Below are positions 28,324 to 38,167 of a DNA stretch of 64,000 nucleotides, piece by piece. Position 1 is the first letter of the stretch. Each line of letters starts with the position of its first letter. Under the pieces are notes generated by a model. The model had not been told where the DNA came from and made no database searches. It worked only from the letters and a program-made list of their open reading frames with translations. The translations under genes were made by a program, and so were the position numbers. This DNA comes from Accumulibacter sp. Its GTDB lineage: Bacteria > Pseudomonadota > Gammaproteobacteria > Burkholderiales > Rhodocyclaceae. The stretch covers positions 15,681 to 79,680 of the forward strand of contig NZ_JAPUVQ010000050.1 in assembly GCF_029255145.1 (NCBI RefSeq), in the 5' to 3' direction.

Positions 28324-28390
28324 TGGTGCGAGCCGGCCGGGACGCGAGCTGAAACGCGGCGTTGGTCGGATAGAGAGCAGATCAGCCGCG

Positions 28391-30109
28391 TCAGCCGCTT
28401 GCCGCGGGTGGCGCAGCGCCCGGCGTCGCGGCGCTGTCGCCAGCCGGCACCTGTTCCATGGCCAGCACCTCGAACAGCGTCGCGATTCCCTCGGCCGCGT
28501 GTTCGAGCGACTTGGCGTCTTCGGCAGTCAGGCTGCCGGGGGCCGACTGCAGCCGCTGGGCGACCTCGATCACTTGCTCGCCGTGCCGCAGCAGGCGGCC
28601 ACGGATGGCGTTGAGTTGCTGAAGCCTGGCGATCGTGGCGCGGCGCAGATCCTGCATCGCCTCGTCCTTTTCCTCATCGGTGCTGGCGCCCAGCAACTCG
28701 CGGCGGGCGCTTACTTCGTCCATCGATTCCTTCCACCAACGCAGGAATGTCGTCCGGTGATCGACCAGTGCGTTCAGGGACTCGCCCATCGAATTGATCT
28801 CGTCGCGACCACCGCTGATCGTCGGGACATGGTCGCTCGGCCTGCCGTAGGCCAGGCCGTCGAGCAGGCCGGCCATTTGCCGGACCGGGCGGACGATGCG
28901 CGCGGTGATCGCCAGAGCCAGGGCGACCGACAGCACGATTGCACAGCTCATCAGCAGCAGGCTCGCGCGGGCGCTCTCCTGCGACGACTGGTCGATCTCG
29001 GCGACGCGGCTGGCCATCACCTGATTGGCCTGGTCGACGTTCTGTTTGACCAGCGGCGCGACGCGATCAGCCGCCGAGTTCATTTCCCTGGTCAGCGTCG
29101 CGATGCTGGAAGTCTGCGCGACCAGCGCCAGGAAGTCGCGCTCGTAATCGTGCAACAAGCCGGTGAGCAGCGTCTTGTCGGCGTCCGATAGTGCCGATTC
29201 GGTGATCTGCGCGCGAATCGACCTGGCGATGGCGACGACCATCGGCGGGTAGGAGTCGTCGCCGCGGAGCAGGAAGTCCTTCTCGCGCCGCCGCATCTGC
29301 AGGACGCTGGTCTCCAGATTGGGGACGTGATAAGCGGTGAGGATCGCCTCGATGTGGTGTGCGGCGTCGCGGAAAGGCCCTTTGCCGCCGTCGATATTGC
29401 CCGATTTGAGCGCGCGTTCAGCGTAAGGCTCAAAGGTCCTGGCGTACGTCGCCAGTTCGGCCAGCAGTTGTTGCCTGACCGCTGCCTGAAGTTCAGACGT
29501 TTCCAGCAGTCGACGCAATTCGCCGAGCAGTTTGCGAACGCGCTCGCGATAGGCCGCGTCCTGCCGCAAGGCGAGGTCCTTCTCGCTACGGCGGATCTGC
29601 AGCAGGAGCGTGTAGAGGCGGTCGACGTTGTAGGCCGCCGAAAGCTCCTGCAAGCGATGGACGTTCTCGCGGAAGGCGCCCTGCAGCCCCGAGTTCTCGT
29701 CCAGACCCATCATCCGCCAGGCGCCGGCCACCGCCTCGAAGCTCTGCTGGTAGGTGGTCACCAGTTGCTGCAGCGAGGCCGCCGTCTGTCGCGAGTCCTG
29801 GTCTACCGCGGCCAGGGCAGCGATTTTGCCGAGCAAGGTTTGCAGGCGCTGATCGACCTCGCCGGCGAAGCTCTCCCGACGTTCGATGAGGAAGCTCTTC
29901 TCCGCGTCGCGAACGGCGGCCAGCTCGATCTCGATCTCCAGTGCCAGCGACTTTCGCAGCTCGAAACCCTGCAGCTGGTGGTAGTCGCCGAGGACCGACT
30001 GAAGCGTCTGGTGGTACTGCCAGACGACACCGACGAACAGCAGTCCGACCAGCGCGAAGCCGAGTCCGATCTTCTCACCGATGCGCAACCTGCTGGCCAA
30101 CTTGTCCAC
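28391..30109 (-). CDS. membrane sensor with HAMP domain, no recognisable output domain
   Basis: GTG 30109 follows GGGAG (the track start is TTG 30184). Layout is TM1, a roughly 330-aa helical extracytoplasmic region, TM2, then HAMP (ITARIVRPVRQMAGLLDGLAYG..DEINSMGESLNALV) and a roughly 140-aa tail. Confidence 0.7.
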   Translation of the reverse strand: MDKLASRLRIGEKIGLGFALVGLLFVGVVWQYHQTLQSVLGDYHQLQGFELRKSLALEIEIELAAVRDAEKSFLIERRESFAGEVDQRLQTLLGKIAALAAVDQDSRQTAASLQQLVTTYQQSFEAVAGAWRMMGLDENSGLQGAFRENVHRLQELSAAYNVDRLYTLLLQIRRSEKDLALRQDAAYRERVRKLLGELRRLLETSELQAAVRQQLLAELATYARTFEPYAERALKSGNIDGGKGPFRDAAHHIEAILTAYHVPNLETSVLQMRRREKDFLLRGDDSYPPMVVAIARSIRAQITESALSDADKTLLTGLLHDYERDFLALVAQTSSIATLTREMNSAADRVAPLVKQNVDQANQVMASRVAEIDQSSQESARASLLLMSCAIVLSVALALAITARIVRPVRQMAGLLDGLAYGRPSDHVPTISGGRDEINSMGESLNALVDHRTTFLRWWKESMDEVSARRELLGASTDEEKDEAMQDLRRATIARLQQLNAIRGRLLRHGEQVIEVAQRLQSAPGSLTAEDAKSLEHAAEGIATLFEVLAMEQVPAGDSAATPGAAPPAASG

Positions 30110-30296
30110 TTCGTGCTCCCGGGTCGTGCAACTCGTGCTCGGTGTGGCTGGGCCACCTGCACGGCGTCGCAGCGCACGCGGCAAGGCGAGCGGTCAGGGT
30201 CGGCAGGTGGGGACGAAAAGCTGTTGAAGACAGAGTATATCGGCAGCGTCGAAGCCGTGTCGACCCGCATTGCCCGGTAGGCCGACCCGGGCACGA

Positions 30297-31421
30297 TCAG
30301 GGACGTTCAGCGTCGGCCGGTGATGGCGGCGTCACCGCGGTCGCCGCGACCGGGCGCCCATGCATTCGGCGCCATGCCAGCGGCGAGACGTTCTGCCAGC
30401 GCTTGAAGGCGTGCGCAAAGGCGCTGGCGCCGGAATAGTCGAGCACGGTTGCGATCTGGGCCAGCGACAGGTCGGTATGTCGAATCAGGCGTAGCGCCAG
30501 GCCGCAGCGAACGTCGTCGAACAATTCCCGGTAGCTTGTCCCCTCGCGTTCGAGCATCCGGTTCAGGCGGCGAGGGTTGATCGACATTGCGCCGGCGACG
30601 GCGGCCAGGGAGCACCGCCGCAGGACCGCCATCGCCAGCACCAGTCGGCGGACCTGCGCGAGGGTATCTAGGCCGTGCTGGCTGCTGATGTTGTCTAGTT
30701 GTTCCTTCAGCAGTTTGAATTGATTGGGGTCCGCGCCGGCAATCGGGAGTTTCAGATCACCGGCGGGAAAGACCAGTGACGAGTTCTCGGCATCGAACTC
30801 GATCGGGCACTGAAAGATCTGTTGATACGGTCGCTGGTTCTCCGGCCGGCACCGCGAGAGCAGTACGGCCCGCGGCTTCCACTGCGGGCCGCAGAGCAGG
30901 CGCATCAGGTTCAGCGCAACTACCATCGTGCCGTCGAGGATCTGGTCAACGCCGGCGACCGGTCCGGCAAACAAGGTGTAGCCGAGGGTGGCGGTGTCAC
31001 CGTCTACCGTGCGTGTCGGGATCGCCCCGCGGTCGTTGAGGTGAAAGAAGTTCTGCAGGTGTACCAGCGCCGTGCCGACGTCGGCGCAGTGCGGCAGAAG
31101 CTCGCCGATCATGCCAAGCGACCGTGCGGTAACCGTTCGCCCCAGGGTCAGGCCAAAATGGCGACAGCCGGTCGCTGCAACGCAGCGATCCAGCAGCTCT
31201 CCCACCGTTTGCAGCGAGATCGTGTTGTCGGGGTTGGCAAACAGTTCGCCTGAAAGCCCGATACTGGCGAACAGCGCTTCGGGATCGACGCCGAAGCGAC
31301 GGATTGACTGCGCCAGGTTGGCCAGCGGAGCAACTCGAACAAAGCCCTCCGGAACGTCGCCGTAGGGCTTCTCAATCTTCGCTACGGGTGCCCTGTCCAA
31401 CTTCTCCATGGTCGTCTGCAC
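30297..31421 (-). CDS. AraC family transcriptional regulator
   Basis: 374 aa with a C-terminal AraC-type double HTH (..LSLAQIATVLDYSGASAFAHAFKRWQNVSPLAWR). Confidence 0.8.
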   Translation of the reverse strand: MQTTMEKLDRAPVAKIEKPYGDVPEGFVRVAPLANLAQSIRRFGVDPEALFASIGLSGELFANPDNTISLQTVGELLDRCVAATGCRHFGLTLGRTVTARSLGMIGELLPHCADVGTALVHLQNFFHLNDRGAIPTRTVDGDTATLGYTLFAGPVAGVDQILDGTMVVALNLMRLLCGPQWKPRAVLLSRCRPENQRPYQQIFQCPIEFDAENSSLVFPAGDLKLPIAGADPNQFKLLKEQLDNISSQHGLDTLAQVRRLVLAMAVLRRCSLAAVAGAMSINPRRLNRMLEREGTSYRELFDDVRCGLALRLIRHTDLSLAQIATVLDYSGASAFAHAFKRWQNVSPLAWRRMHGRPVAATAVTPPSPADAERP

Positions 31422-31735
31422 TCGCTTTCAGCGGCGTGGGGTTGTCGCAAATTATCAAGCAGTTTGCACGCGGCAAGTAGACAATCGCTCCCGGACGTTC
31501 GCTGGGGCGTTCCGTGCGGCACGCTAAAATGGTCACTGGGCGGCCGCGCTGGCGTTTCCGGCGGCTTCTCCTCGTCTGGCGGCGAAGCTGCTTGCTGCCA
31601 GGATCATCGTCGAGTCGCAGTGCTTGGGAGCGATGACCTTCGGCTCGTCGGCGTTGGCCGCGGCGGGTGCAACGCGGTCAGTGTTGGCTTGCACCTTTGT
31701 TGTCTTGTTGTCTACTTACTCGCACGGAGGATGTC

Positions 31736-32020
31736 ATGCGCACACGGTTCTGGCTCATCGGAGTTGCTCCCGCCGCTTTCTTTGCGGGCGCCGCTGTCGC
31801 CCAATACCCGATCATGGACATGATCGCCCAGAGGGTCATCGAAAAGTATCAGACCTCGACCTGCGAGCAGCTATGGCAAAGCCGCGGGAAGCCGGCTTCG
31901 GCCGAGGAACAGCGCGCGATGAGCGTGCTGCGCGGCGACCCGCAAATGCGACAGGCCTTCTTCAACCAGATTGCCGGGCCGGTCATGAACAAGATGTTCG
32001 ACTGCGGCATGATCCCCTGA
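31736..32020 (+). CDS. small secreted protein, hypothetical (94 aa)
   Basis: ATG 31736 follows GGAGG. It has a signal peptide (MRTRFWLIGVAPAAFFAGAAVA) and two Cys. Confidence 0.55.
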   Translation: MRTRFWLIGVAPAAFFAGAAVAQYPIMDMIAQRVIEKYQTSTCEQLWQSRGKPASAEEQRAMSVLRGDPQMRQAFFNQIAGPVMNKMFDCGMIP

Positions 32021-32149
32021 TCCGTTTGATGCCATGAGTCAGATGATAGACATCACCACGCGAACACGCTGTGGGCGCCTGCCAGCGACGACCGTGGTGC
32101 TCGGGCTGCTGGCGGGCATGGCTACCCGGGGTATCATCCGCCGACCGCC

Positions 32150-32479
32150 GTGCCGTACTACTCTGGCGGCTGCTACGGCTGTGCGGCTGCCGCCGGAGCG
32201 GTCGTCGGCGTGGCCGCCGGAGCGGCAGTCGCATCCGCCAACACGCAGGCAGCAACGTCGAATGCCTATGCGGCCGGAGTGGCGGCTGGCAGCGCCAGCA
32301 CGGCAGCGGCATACAGCGGAGGGGTGGCCTACGTGGTCGGGATCAATTACGCCAGTATTCCGGCGGGCTGTGCCAACCCCGTCGTCGCTGGCCAGACCTA
32401 CTACCTGTGCGGCAATACCTGGTTCAAACCGGCATATGGCGCAAACGGCGTGTACTATCGCGTCGTCCCCACCCCCTGA
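32150..32479 (+). CDS. Gly/Ala-rich small membrane or secreted protein, hypothetical
   Basis: 109 aa from GTG. Codon third-position GC is high. It has a GA-rich hydrophobic stretch and a Tyr-rich C-terminus (..YYLCGNTWFKPAYGANGVYYRVVPTP). The start is uncertain (see findings). Confidence 0.45.
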   Translation: MPYYSGGCYGCAAAAGAVVGVAAGAAVASANTQAATSNAYAAGVAAGSASTAAAYSGGVAYVVGINYASIPAGCANPVVAGQTYYLCGNTWFKPAYGANGVYYRVVPTP

Positions 32480-32570
32480 TGCAGGGAGCAGACGAGGGCG
32501 AGGAGGCGGGTTCCGCCCGGCGCGCGGCGGTCGCGGAGCGCGGCACATTCTTGGATAGAAAGGAAGATAG

Positions 32571-33104
32571 ATGAAAAGCAGACGCAAGTTCATGATTGCC
32601 GCTACCTTGGCGGCAGTTGCTGCCCCGATCGGTGCCGTGCTCAACCCGGCGGCTGCCGCGGAAAGCAAGGTCCAGCTGATGTTCGTGCAAAGCGCCGAAG
32701 GCCTCAAGGCGGACGACAAGACGCTGCGCCTGATCAATGTGGCGCCGCAGACAATCTACTTTTCCGACCGGCCCGAGCGCATCGCCGGGCATATCACCAT
32801 GCCGGCGTATCTGAAGGAGTGGACGGCCGCTGCCGGTCCGGACAACTTCAGCAAGGATCCTCCGAACGCCACGCTGTCGGTGTATGAGCCGGGGCAGAGC
32901 ACCAACACGCTGACCGTGATCGAAATCAGCAAGCCGGTCGTCGAAGGCAAGGACCTGGTGTACAGTTACAGGCTGATCGAAGGCAAGGTGCCGACGGCCG
33001 GTGGCGCGACGTCCTTGTTCATCGACTGGATCGGTCCTGGCGGCGGCGTCGGCGTCGGCTTCCACGGCGTCGGTGTCGGTGGTCGGGGAGTGGGTTGGCG
33101 GTAA
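32571..33104 (+). CDS. Tat-signal secreted protein, hypothetical
   Basis: Twin-arginine motif SRRKFMIAATLAAVAAP. The C-terminal tail is Gly-rich (GPGGGVGVGFHGVGVGGRGVGWR). Confidence 0.65.
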   Translation: MKSRRKFMIAATLAAVAAPIGAVLNPAAAAESKVQLMFVQSAEGLKADDKTLRLINVAPQTIYFSDRPERIAGHITMPAYLKEWTAAAGPDNFSKDPPNATLSVYEPGQSTNTLTVIEISKPVVEGKDLVYSYRLIEGKVPTAGGATSLFIDWIGPGGGVGVGFHGVGVGGRGVGWR

Positions 33105-33236
33105 GCGTCGGGCGCGCGCCAGGCGCGCCGCTGGCCGAGGCGACGAATGGCGTGCCACCGGTCCACGTTGTTGGTCGCGGCGAAGGCTGATGCTGGCTCG
33201 AAGATGGTGACTGCTGTTCAGGAAATGGGAGAGGAG

Positions 33237-34565
33237 ATGACGGCCTGGCGGGTATCGATGACAGGGCGGTGTCGCGCCGCAGCGAGGGTGGCCTGGTGTG
33301 CCGGCGCGCTGGCTGCCGGGCAGGCGACCGCCGGCGGCCTGATCGCCTACGAGGTCGGGACGGCCGACGTCGGTCTCGCTTCGGCGGGCTACGGCGCGCG
33401 TGCGCAGGACGCGTCGACGGTATTCACCAATCCTGCCGGCATGACGCGGCTGGAAGGGACCCAGGTTCTGGCGGGTGGGCAAGCGCTGTGGGGCAATACC
33501 CGCTTCTCCGCCAGCTCTGGCACCTCGCCGGGGCTCGGCAGCGACAACGGAGGCTACGTCGTCGGCTCGGACGGCTGGTTTCCGGGCGGCGGCGGTTTCG
33601 CAAGCTACAGCGTATCGCCGGATCTGAAGCTCGGGTTCGCCGTCACCGGCAACTTCGGTGCGCCGTTGAAGTACGACAACAGCTGGGTCGGCCGCTACTA
33701 CGTCCAGGAGGCGACGCTGCTGGGAATTTCGCTCCTGCCGTCGATCGCCTACAAGGTGAACGACAAGCTCTCGCTCGGCGCCAGCGTCAATGCCCTGTAC
33801 GGGGTTTATACCAACCAGGTGGCGATCAACAATCCGGCACCCCGCTTCGGTGATGGCCGGCTGAAGCTCGACGACAGCACCTGGGGCTGGGGACTCAACC
33901 TCGGTCTGCTCTACGAAGTCGATCCGGGCACCCGGGTCGGGTTGACCTGGAACTCGCAGGTCGATCTTGATTTCGCGGCCCCGGCGAAGTTTTCGAACCT
34001 CGCTCCTGGCCTGGCCTCGCTACTGGCCAGCCGTGGCGCGCTGAACGCCGAGCTGAAGGTCGGAATCAAGGTTCCGCAGCAGGCGATGGCCAGTGTCTTC
34101 ACACAGGTCAACGATCGGTGGGCGCTGCTCGGCAGTATCGGCTGGCAGCAGTGGTCGAAATTTGGCCAGCTCCAGATCGGAATCGACGACACCATGAATC
34201 CCCTCAGCCTGACGAAGGACCTGAAATTCAAGGACACCTGGCACCTCGCGCTGGGCGCGCAACACCGCCTGAGCGAACCGTGGCTGCTCAACTTCGGCGT
34301 TGCCTACGACTCCGCGATGCAGTCGGGCGATGTCTCGCCGTTGCTGCCGGTTAACGCGGCGTGGCGCTTCGCCATCGGTGGCGAGCAGCAGCTGAGCAAG
34401 AACGCTGCCTGGGGGATCGCCGCCGAGTACCTGTACGGCGGGACGCTCGACACCAGCCTGCAGGGCTCGGCGCCGGTGCTGGTCGGTGGGCGCGGTGACG
34501 TCGCCGGCGCGTACCACAACACCGGCACGATCTTTGTTGCGGTCTACCACAACTGGAAATTCTAG
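33237..34565 (+). CDS. outer-membrane transport protein, OmpP1/FadL/TodX family
   Basis: ATG 33237 follows GGAGAGGAG. It has a signal peptide, the N-terminal string YGARAQDASTVFTNPAGM, and a terminal aromatic residue (..YHNWKF). Confidence 0.8.
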   Translation: MTAWRVSMTGRCRAAARVAWCAGALAAGQATAGGLIAYEVGTADVGLASAGYGARAQDASTVFTNPAGMTRLEGTQVLAGGQALWGNTRFSASSGTSPGLGSDNGGYVVGSDGWFPGGGGFASYSVSPDLKLGFAVTGNFGAPLKYDNSWVGRYYVQEATLLGISLLPSIAYKVNDKLSLGASVNALYGVYTNQVAINNPAPRFGDGRLKLDDSTWGWGLNLGLLYEVDPGTRVGLTWNSQVDLDFAAPAKFSNLAPGLASLLASRGALNAELKVGIKVPQQAMASVFTQVNDRWALLGSIGWQQWSKFGQLQIGIDDTMNPLSLTKDLKFKDTWHLALGAQHRLSEPWLLNFGVAYDSAMQSGDVSPLLPVNAAWRFAIGGEQQLSKNAAWGIAAEYLYGGTLDTSLQGSAPVLVGGRGDVAGAYHNTGTIFVAVYHNWKF

Positions 34566-34609
34566 GCGGCGATGGGCATTCCTGGCGCTTGCCAGCCGAG
34601 GCCGGAGCG

Positions 34610-35290
34610 ATGAGCGATCCGGCCCCGTCGTCGCCAGCGCTGATGGCTTGCCAGGAGTGCGATCTGCTGCAGCGGATTCCGCCGCTGCCGGTCGGCGGCA
34701 GGGCACGCTGTGCGCGCTGCGGTTTCGGGCTGGCGGCGAGGCCCACCGATCCGCTCGAGCTTCCTCTGGCGCTGACGCTCACCGCGCTGATCGTGTTCAT
34801 CGTCGCCAACGCCATGCCACTGATGGATCTTGAGGCGGTCGGGCGCTATGCGAGCACGACGATTCTCGGCGGTGCCCGCCAGATGTGGCTGGACGGTGAA
34901 CGGCTCACCGCCATTATCGTCACGTTCTGTGCGGTGATCGCGCCCGCCTGCTACATTCTGCTGATGCTGACCGTGCTGCTCGCCGCGAGGCGGCCACCAC
35001 TGCCGCACTGGAGCGGCGAGTTGTTGCGCTGGGGTCTGCACATGCAACCGTGGGCAATGTACGACGTGATGTTGCTGGGTATCCTGGTGGCATTGATCAA
35101 GATCGCCGAACTGGCGACCGTAGAACCCGGCGTCGGGATGTACGCGATGGGTTTGCTGGCTGTACTGCTGCCGGCGATTTCGGTTACTTTTGACGCCCGC
35201 GAAGTCTGGGAGTTGGTCGAGTGGAAGCATGGCGACGATCGCGCTGCAGCGGCTCTCGTTGAAGAGAATTTCGCGGGGCGCGGACGATGA
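34610..35290 (+). CDS. pqiA: paraquat-inducible protein A (first half-gene)
   Basis: It has the Cys pairs CQECD..CARCG and is polytopic. ATGA-coupled to the second pqiA-like gene. Confidence 0.8.
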   Translation: MSDPAPSSPALMACQECDLLQRIPPLPVGGRARCARCGFGLAARPTDPLELPLALTLTALIVFIVANAMPLMDLEAVGRYASTTILGGARQMWLDGERLTAIIVTFCAVIAPACYILLMLTVLLAARRPPLPHWSGELLRWGLHMQPWAMYDVMLLGILVALIKIAELATVEPGVGMYAMGLLAVLLPAISVTFDAREVWELVEWKHGDDRAAAALVEENFAGRGR

Positions 35291-35928
35291 GTGGCACGTT
35301 CGTTACCGGTGCGCAGGCCGGATTGGTCTCTTGCGAAACCTGCAACCTGCTGACGCGGCCGCTGGACGCCGAGCATGCCGGCCACTGTCCGCGCTGCGGC
35401 GCGGCGCTCGAACTTCGCCGCGTGCAGTCGCTGCAGCGTACTTGGGCGCTGATCATCGCCGCCGCAATCTGTTACGTTCCGGCCAACCTGCTGCCGGTGA
35501 TGGTCAGCAACACCTTCGCAACGTCTGACGCCGAAACGATCATGGGCGGCGTCGCCTTCCTGTATGGCTCCGGATCGTGGCCACTGGCGCTGATCGTGCT
35601 TGTCGCCAGCGTCATGGTGCCGCTTGGCAAGCTGCTCGCACTCGCTTACCTTCTGGTCAGCGTTCAGCGTGGTATGGCTTGGCGGCACCACGAGCGCGCG
35701 CGCCTGTTCCGGATCGTCACCTTCATTGGTCGCTGGTCGATGCTCGACGTTTTCGTCGACACCTTTACCGTCGCGCTGGTGCAGTTACAGCCGCTGATGT
35801 CGGTGCTTCCAGGGCCGGGAGTCCTGTTCTTCGCAGCGGTGGTGGTGCTGACCATGCTTGCGGCGGAGAGCTTCGATCCCCGCCTGATCTGGGATTCGGC
35901 AAATAGTATGGAGAAGCACGATGGCTGA
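35287..35928 (+). CDS. pqiA: paraquat-inducible protein A (second half-gene)
   Basis: It has CETCN..CPRCG plus four TM segments. It overlaps the pqiB start. Confidence 0.8.
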   Translation: MSGTFVTGAQAGLVSCETCNLLTRPLDAEHAGHCPRCGAALELRRVQSLQRTWALIIAAAICYVPANLLPVMVSNTFATSDAETIMGGVAFLYGSGSWPLALIVLVASVMVPLGKLLALAYLLVSVQRGMAWRHHERARLFRIVTFIGRWSMLDVFVDTFTVALVQLQPLMSVLPGPGVLFFAAVVVLTMLAAESFDPRLIWDSANSMEKHDG

Positions 35929-37582
35929 AGGAGGCGAACGCAATGATCTACCGCAGGCGACGGTCGTGCCAAGGAAGCGGACGCGGCTGTCGACGGTTTG
36001 GGTGATCCCGATCCTGGCAGCCGTGGTCGCTTTCGGCATCGCTGTGCAGCGGATTCTCAGCGAAGGCCCGACGGTCACCATCGTCTTCAAGAATGCGCAG
36101 GGTATCGAGGCTGGCAAGACGGTCGTCAAATACAAGGACGTCAACATCGGTCAGGTAGCCGCTGTGCAGCTTTCCGACGATTACTCCACTGTCAAGGTGA
36201 CCGCCAAGATTGCCAAGAGCGCTGCTGGCTTGATGGTCAAGGACGCCAAGTTCTGGGTCGTCGAGCCGCGCATCACGCTGAGCGGAGTATCGGGTCTCGG
36301 CACGCTGCTCTCCGGCAACTATATCGGTTTCGAGGCCGGCCAGTCGGACGGTAGCGAGCGCCGCTTCAACGGCCTCGAAGTGCCGCCGATCATCACCGGC
36401 GATCAGCCTGGGCGGCAGTTTCTGCTCAAGGCAAGTGATCTGGGTTCGCTGGGCATTGGCTCGCCGGTATACTACCGACGCTTGCCGGCCGGCCAAGTCG
36501 TCGCTTACGAACTGGCAAAGGACGGCAAGTCGGTTGAGATCAAGATCTTCGTGCACGCGCCATACGACCAGTTCGTAAACCCGGGAACGCGTTTCTGGAA
36601 CGCCAGCGGCGTTGATGTGTCGCTCGGCGCCAGCGGTCTGGATGTGCGAACGCAGTCGATGGTCGCGTTGATCGCCGGTGGCCTGGCATTCGAGACGCCA
36701 CCGTTTTCGCAGCAAACGGAACCCGCCGCTGCCGATACCGAATTCACGCTTTATGACGATCGGCCGACAGCGATGAAGCAGCCCGAGCCGATGGCCAGAC
36801 GCTATGTCCTTTATTTCAATGAATCGCTGCGTGGATTGTCGCTCGGCGCGCCGGTTACGCTGCTCGGTCTGCCAGGCGGCGAGGTGACCAGTGTCGGCCT
36901 CGACATCGACCCGAAGACCGAGCGCCTTCGTGGCCGCGTCGAGTTCGTCGTCTATCCCGAGCGTCTGGTTGCACAAGTGCACAACGCGCAGCAAATCCGC
37001 GGTGAAATGCTCGCGCGCGTGAGTGCCAGACGTGAGGCGTTCTTCGAGCGGATGGTCGAGGATTTCGGCCTGCGGGCGCAGATTCAGAGTGGCAACCTGC
37101 TTACCGGCCAGCGCTACATATCTTTCGATTTTCACCCGGATGCACCGAAGGTCAAGGTTGACTGGGGCAAGGAAACGTCGGTGGTGCCGTCAATCCCCAG
37201 CACGCTCCCGAACTTCGAGGCGAAGATCGGCAGCATTCTCGCGAAGCTCGACAAGCTGCCGTACGAGGCCATCGGTACCGATACCCGGAAGGTGCTCGAA
37301 ACTTTCAACCAGACGCTGAAGGATACCGACAAGGCGATCAAGCGCCTGGACTCGGAGGTTACCCCGGAGCTCAAGAAGGCGCTGGAAGAGTTCCGCCGGG
37401 CGACTGTTTCGGCCGACCGGGCGATCAAGAACACCGACACCGCGTTGCTTGCCCCGGACGCGGCCGGCCAGCAGGAGCTACGCGATGCGATGCGCGAGGT
37501 CGCCCGCGCGGCGCGTTCGTTGCGGGTCCTGACCGACTATCTCGAACGCCATCCCGAAGCGCTGCTGCGCGGCAAGAACTGA
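35921..37582 (+). CDS. pqiB: intermembrane transport protein PqiB (multi-MCE domain)
   Basis: 553 aa with an N-terminal TM segment, repeated MCE-type domains and a C-terminal coiled coil. Confidence 0.85.
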   Translation: MAEGGERNDLPQATVVPRKRTRLSTVWVIPILAAVVAFGIAVQRILSEGPTVTIVFKNAQGIEAGKTVVKYKDVNIGQVAAVQLSDDYSTVKVTAKIAKSAAGLMVKDAKFWVVEPRITLSGVSGLGTLLSGNYIGFEAGQSDGSERRFNGLEVPPIITGDQPGRQFLLKASDLGSLGIGSPVYYRRLPAGQVVAYELAKDGKSVEIKIFVHAPYDQFVNPGTRFWNASGVDVSLGASGLDVRTQSMVALIAGGLAFETPPFSQQTEPAAADTEFTLYDDRPTAMKQPEPMARRYVLYFNESLRGLSLGAPVTLLGLPGGEVTSVGLDIDPKTERLRGRVEFVVYPERLVAQVHNAQQIRGEMLARVSARREAFFERMVEDFGLRAQIQSGNLLTGQRYISFDFHPDAPKVKVDWGKETSVVPSIPSTLPNFEAKIGSILAKLDKLPYEAIGTDTRKVLETFNQTLKDTDKAIKRLDSEVTPELKKALEEFRRATVSADRAIKNTDTALLAPDAAGQQELRDAMREVARAARSLRVLTDYLERHPEALLRGKN

Positions 37583-37600
37583 GACCGAGGAGGAATCCCG

Positions 37601-38167
37601 ATGCGTCACCCGGCTGTCATCGCCTGCCTGCTGCTGGCCATCGCCAGCGGTTGCGCTTCGCCGCCGTCGCGCTTCTACACCCTGAGTGCCGCCGCCGCCC
37701 CCGCCGCGACGGTATCGACGGTGTCGGTCGCTGTCGGCCCGGTGTCGCTGCCGGCGGTCGTCGACCGACCGCAGATCGTGGTCAGCACTGGCGCCAACGA
37801 GGTGCGGCTGGACGAGTTCAACCGCTGGGCGTCGCCACTTGCCGACAACATCGTGCGTGTGCTCGCCGACAACCTGGCGCGGGAACTCGGCACGGCGCGC
37901 GTCTGGCCCTACGGCCAGGCCACCCGGTCGAGCCCCGACCACCAGGTGCTGATCGACTTCCAGCGTCTTGACTCGACGCTCGGCGAGGGGGTGCTGATCG
38001 AAGCGCTGTGGACGGTCCGCCCAGCGGCCGGCGGCGCAGCGAAGAGCGGCCGCTCGCAAGTGCGCGAGCCGACCGCCGGCGCTGGCTTTGAAGCACTGGT
38101 CGCCGCCCACAGTCGCGCGCTGGCCCGCGTCAGCGGCGATATCGCGGCGGCGATTAGGGCGCCGTGA
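37601..38167 (+). CDS. pqiC: PqiC/YmbA-type lipoprotein
   Basis: Lipobox LLAIASGC followed by the family-typical SPPSRFYTL. Confidence 0.75.
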   Translation: MRHPAVIACLLLAIASGCASPPSRFYTLSAAAAPAATVSTVSVAVGPVSLPAVVDRPQIVVSTGANEVRLDEFNRWASPLADNIVRVLADNLARELGTARVWPYGQATRSSPDHQVLIDFQRLDSTLGEGVLIEALWTVRPAAGGAAKSGRSQVREPTAGAGFEALVAAHSRALARVSGDIAAAIRAP

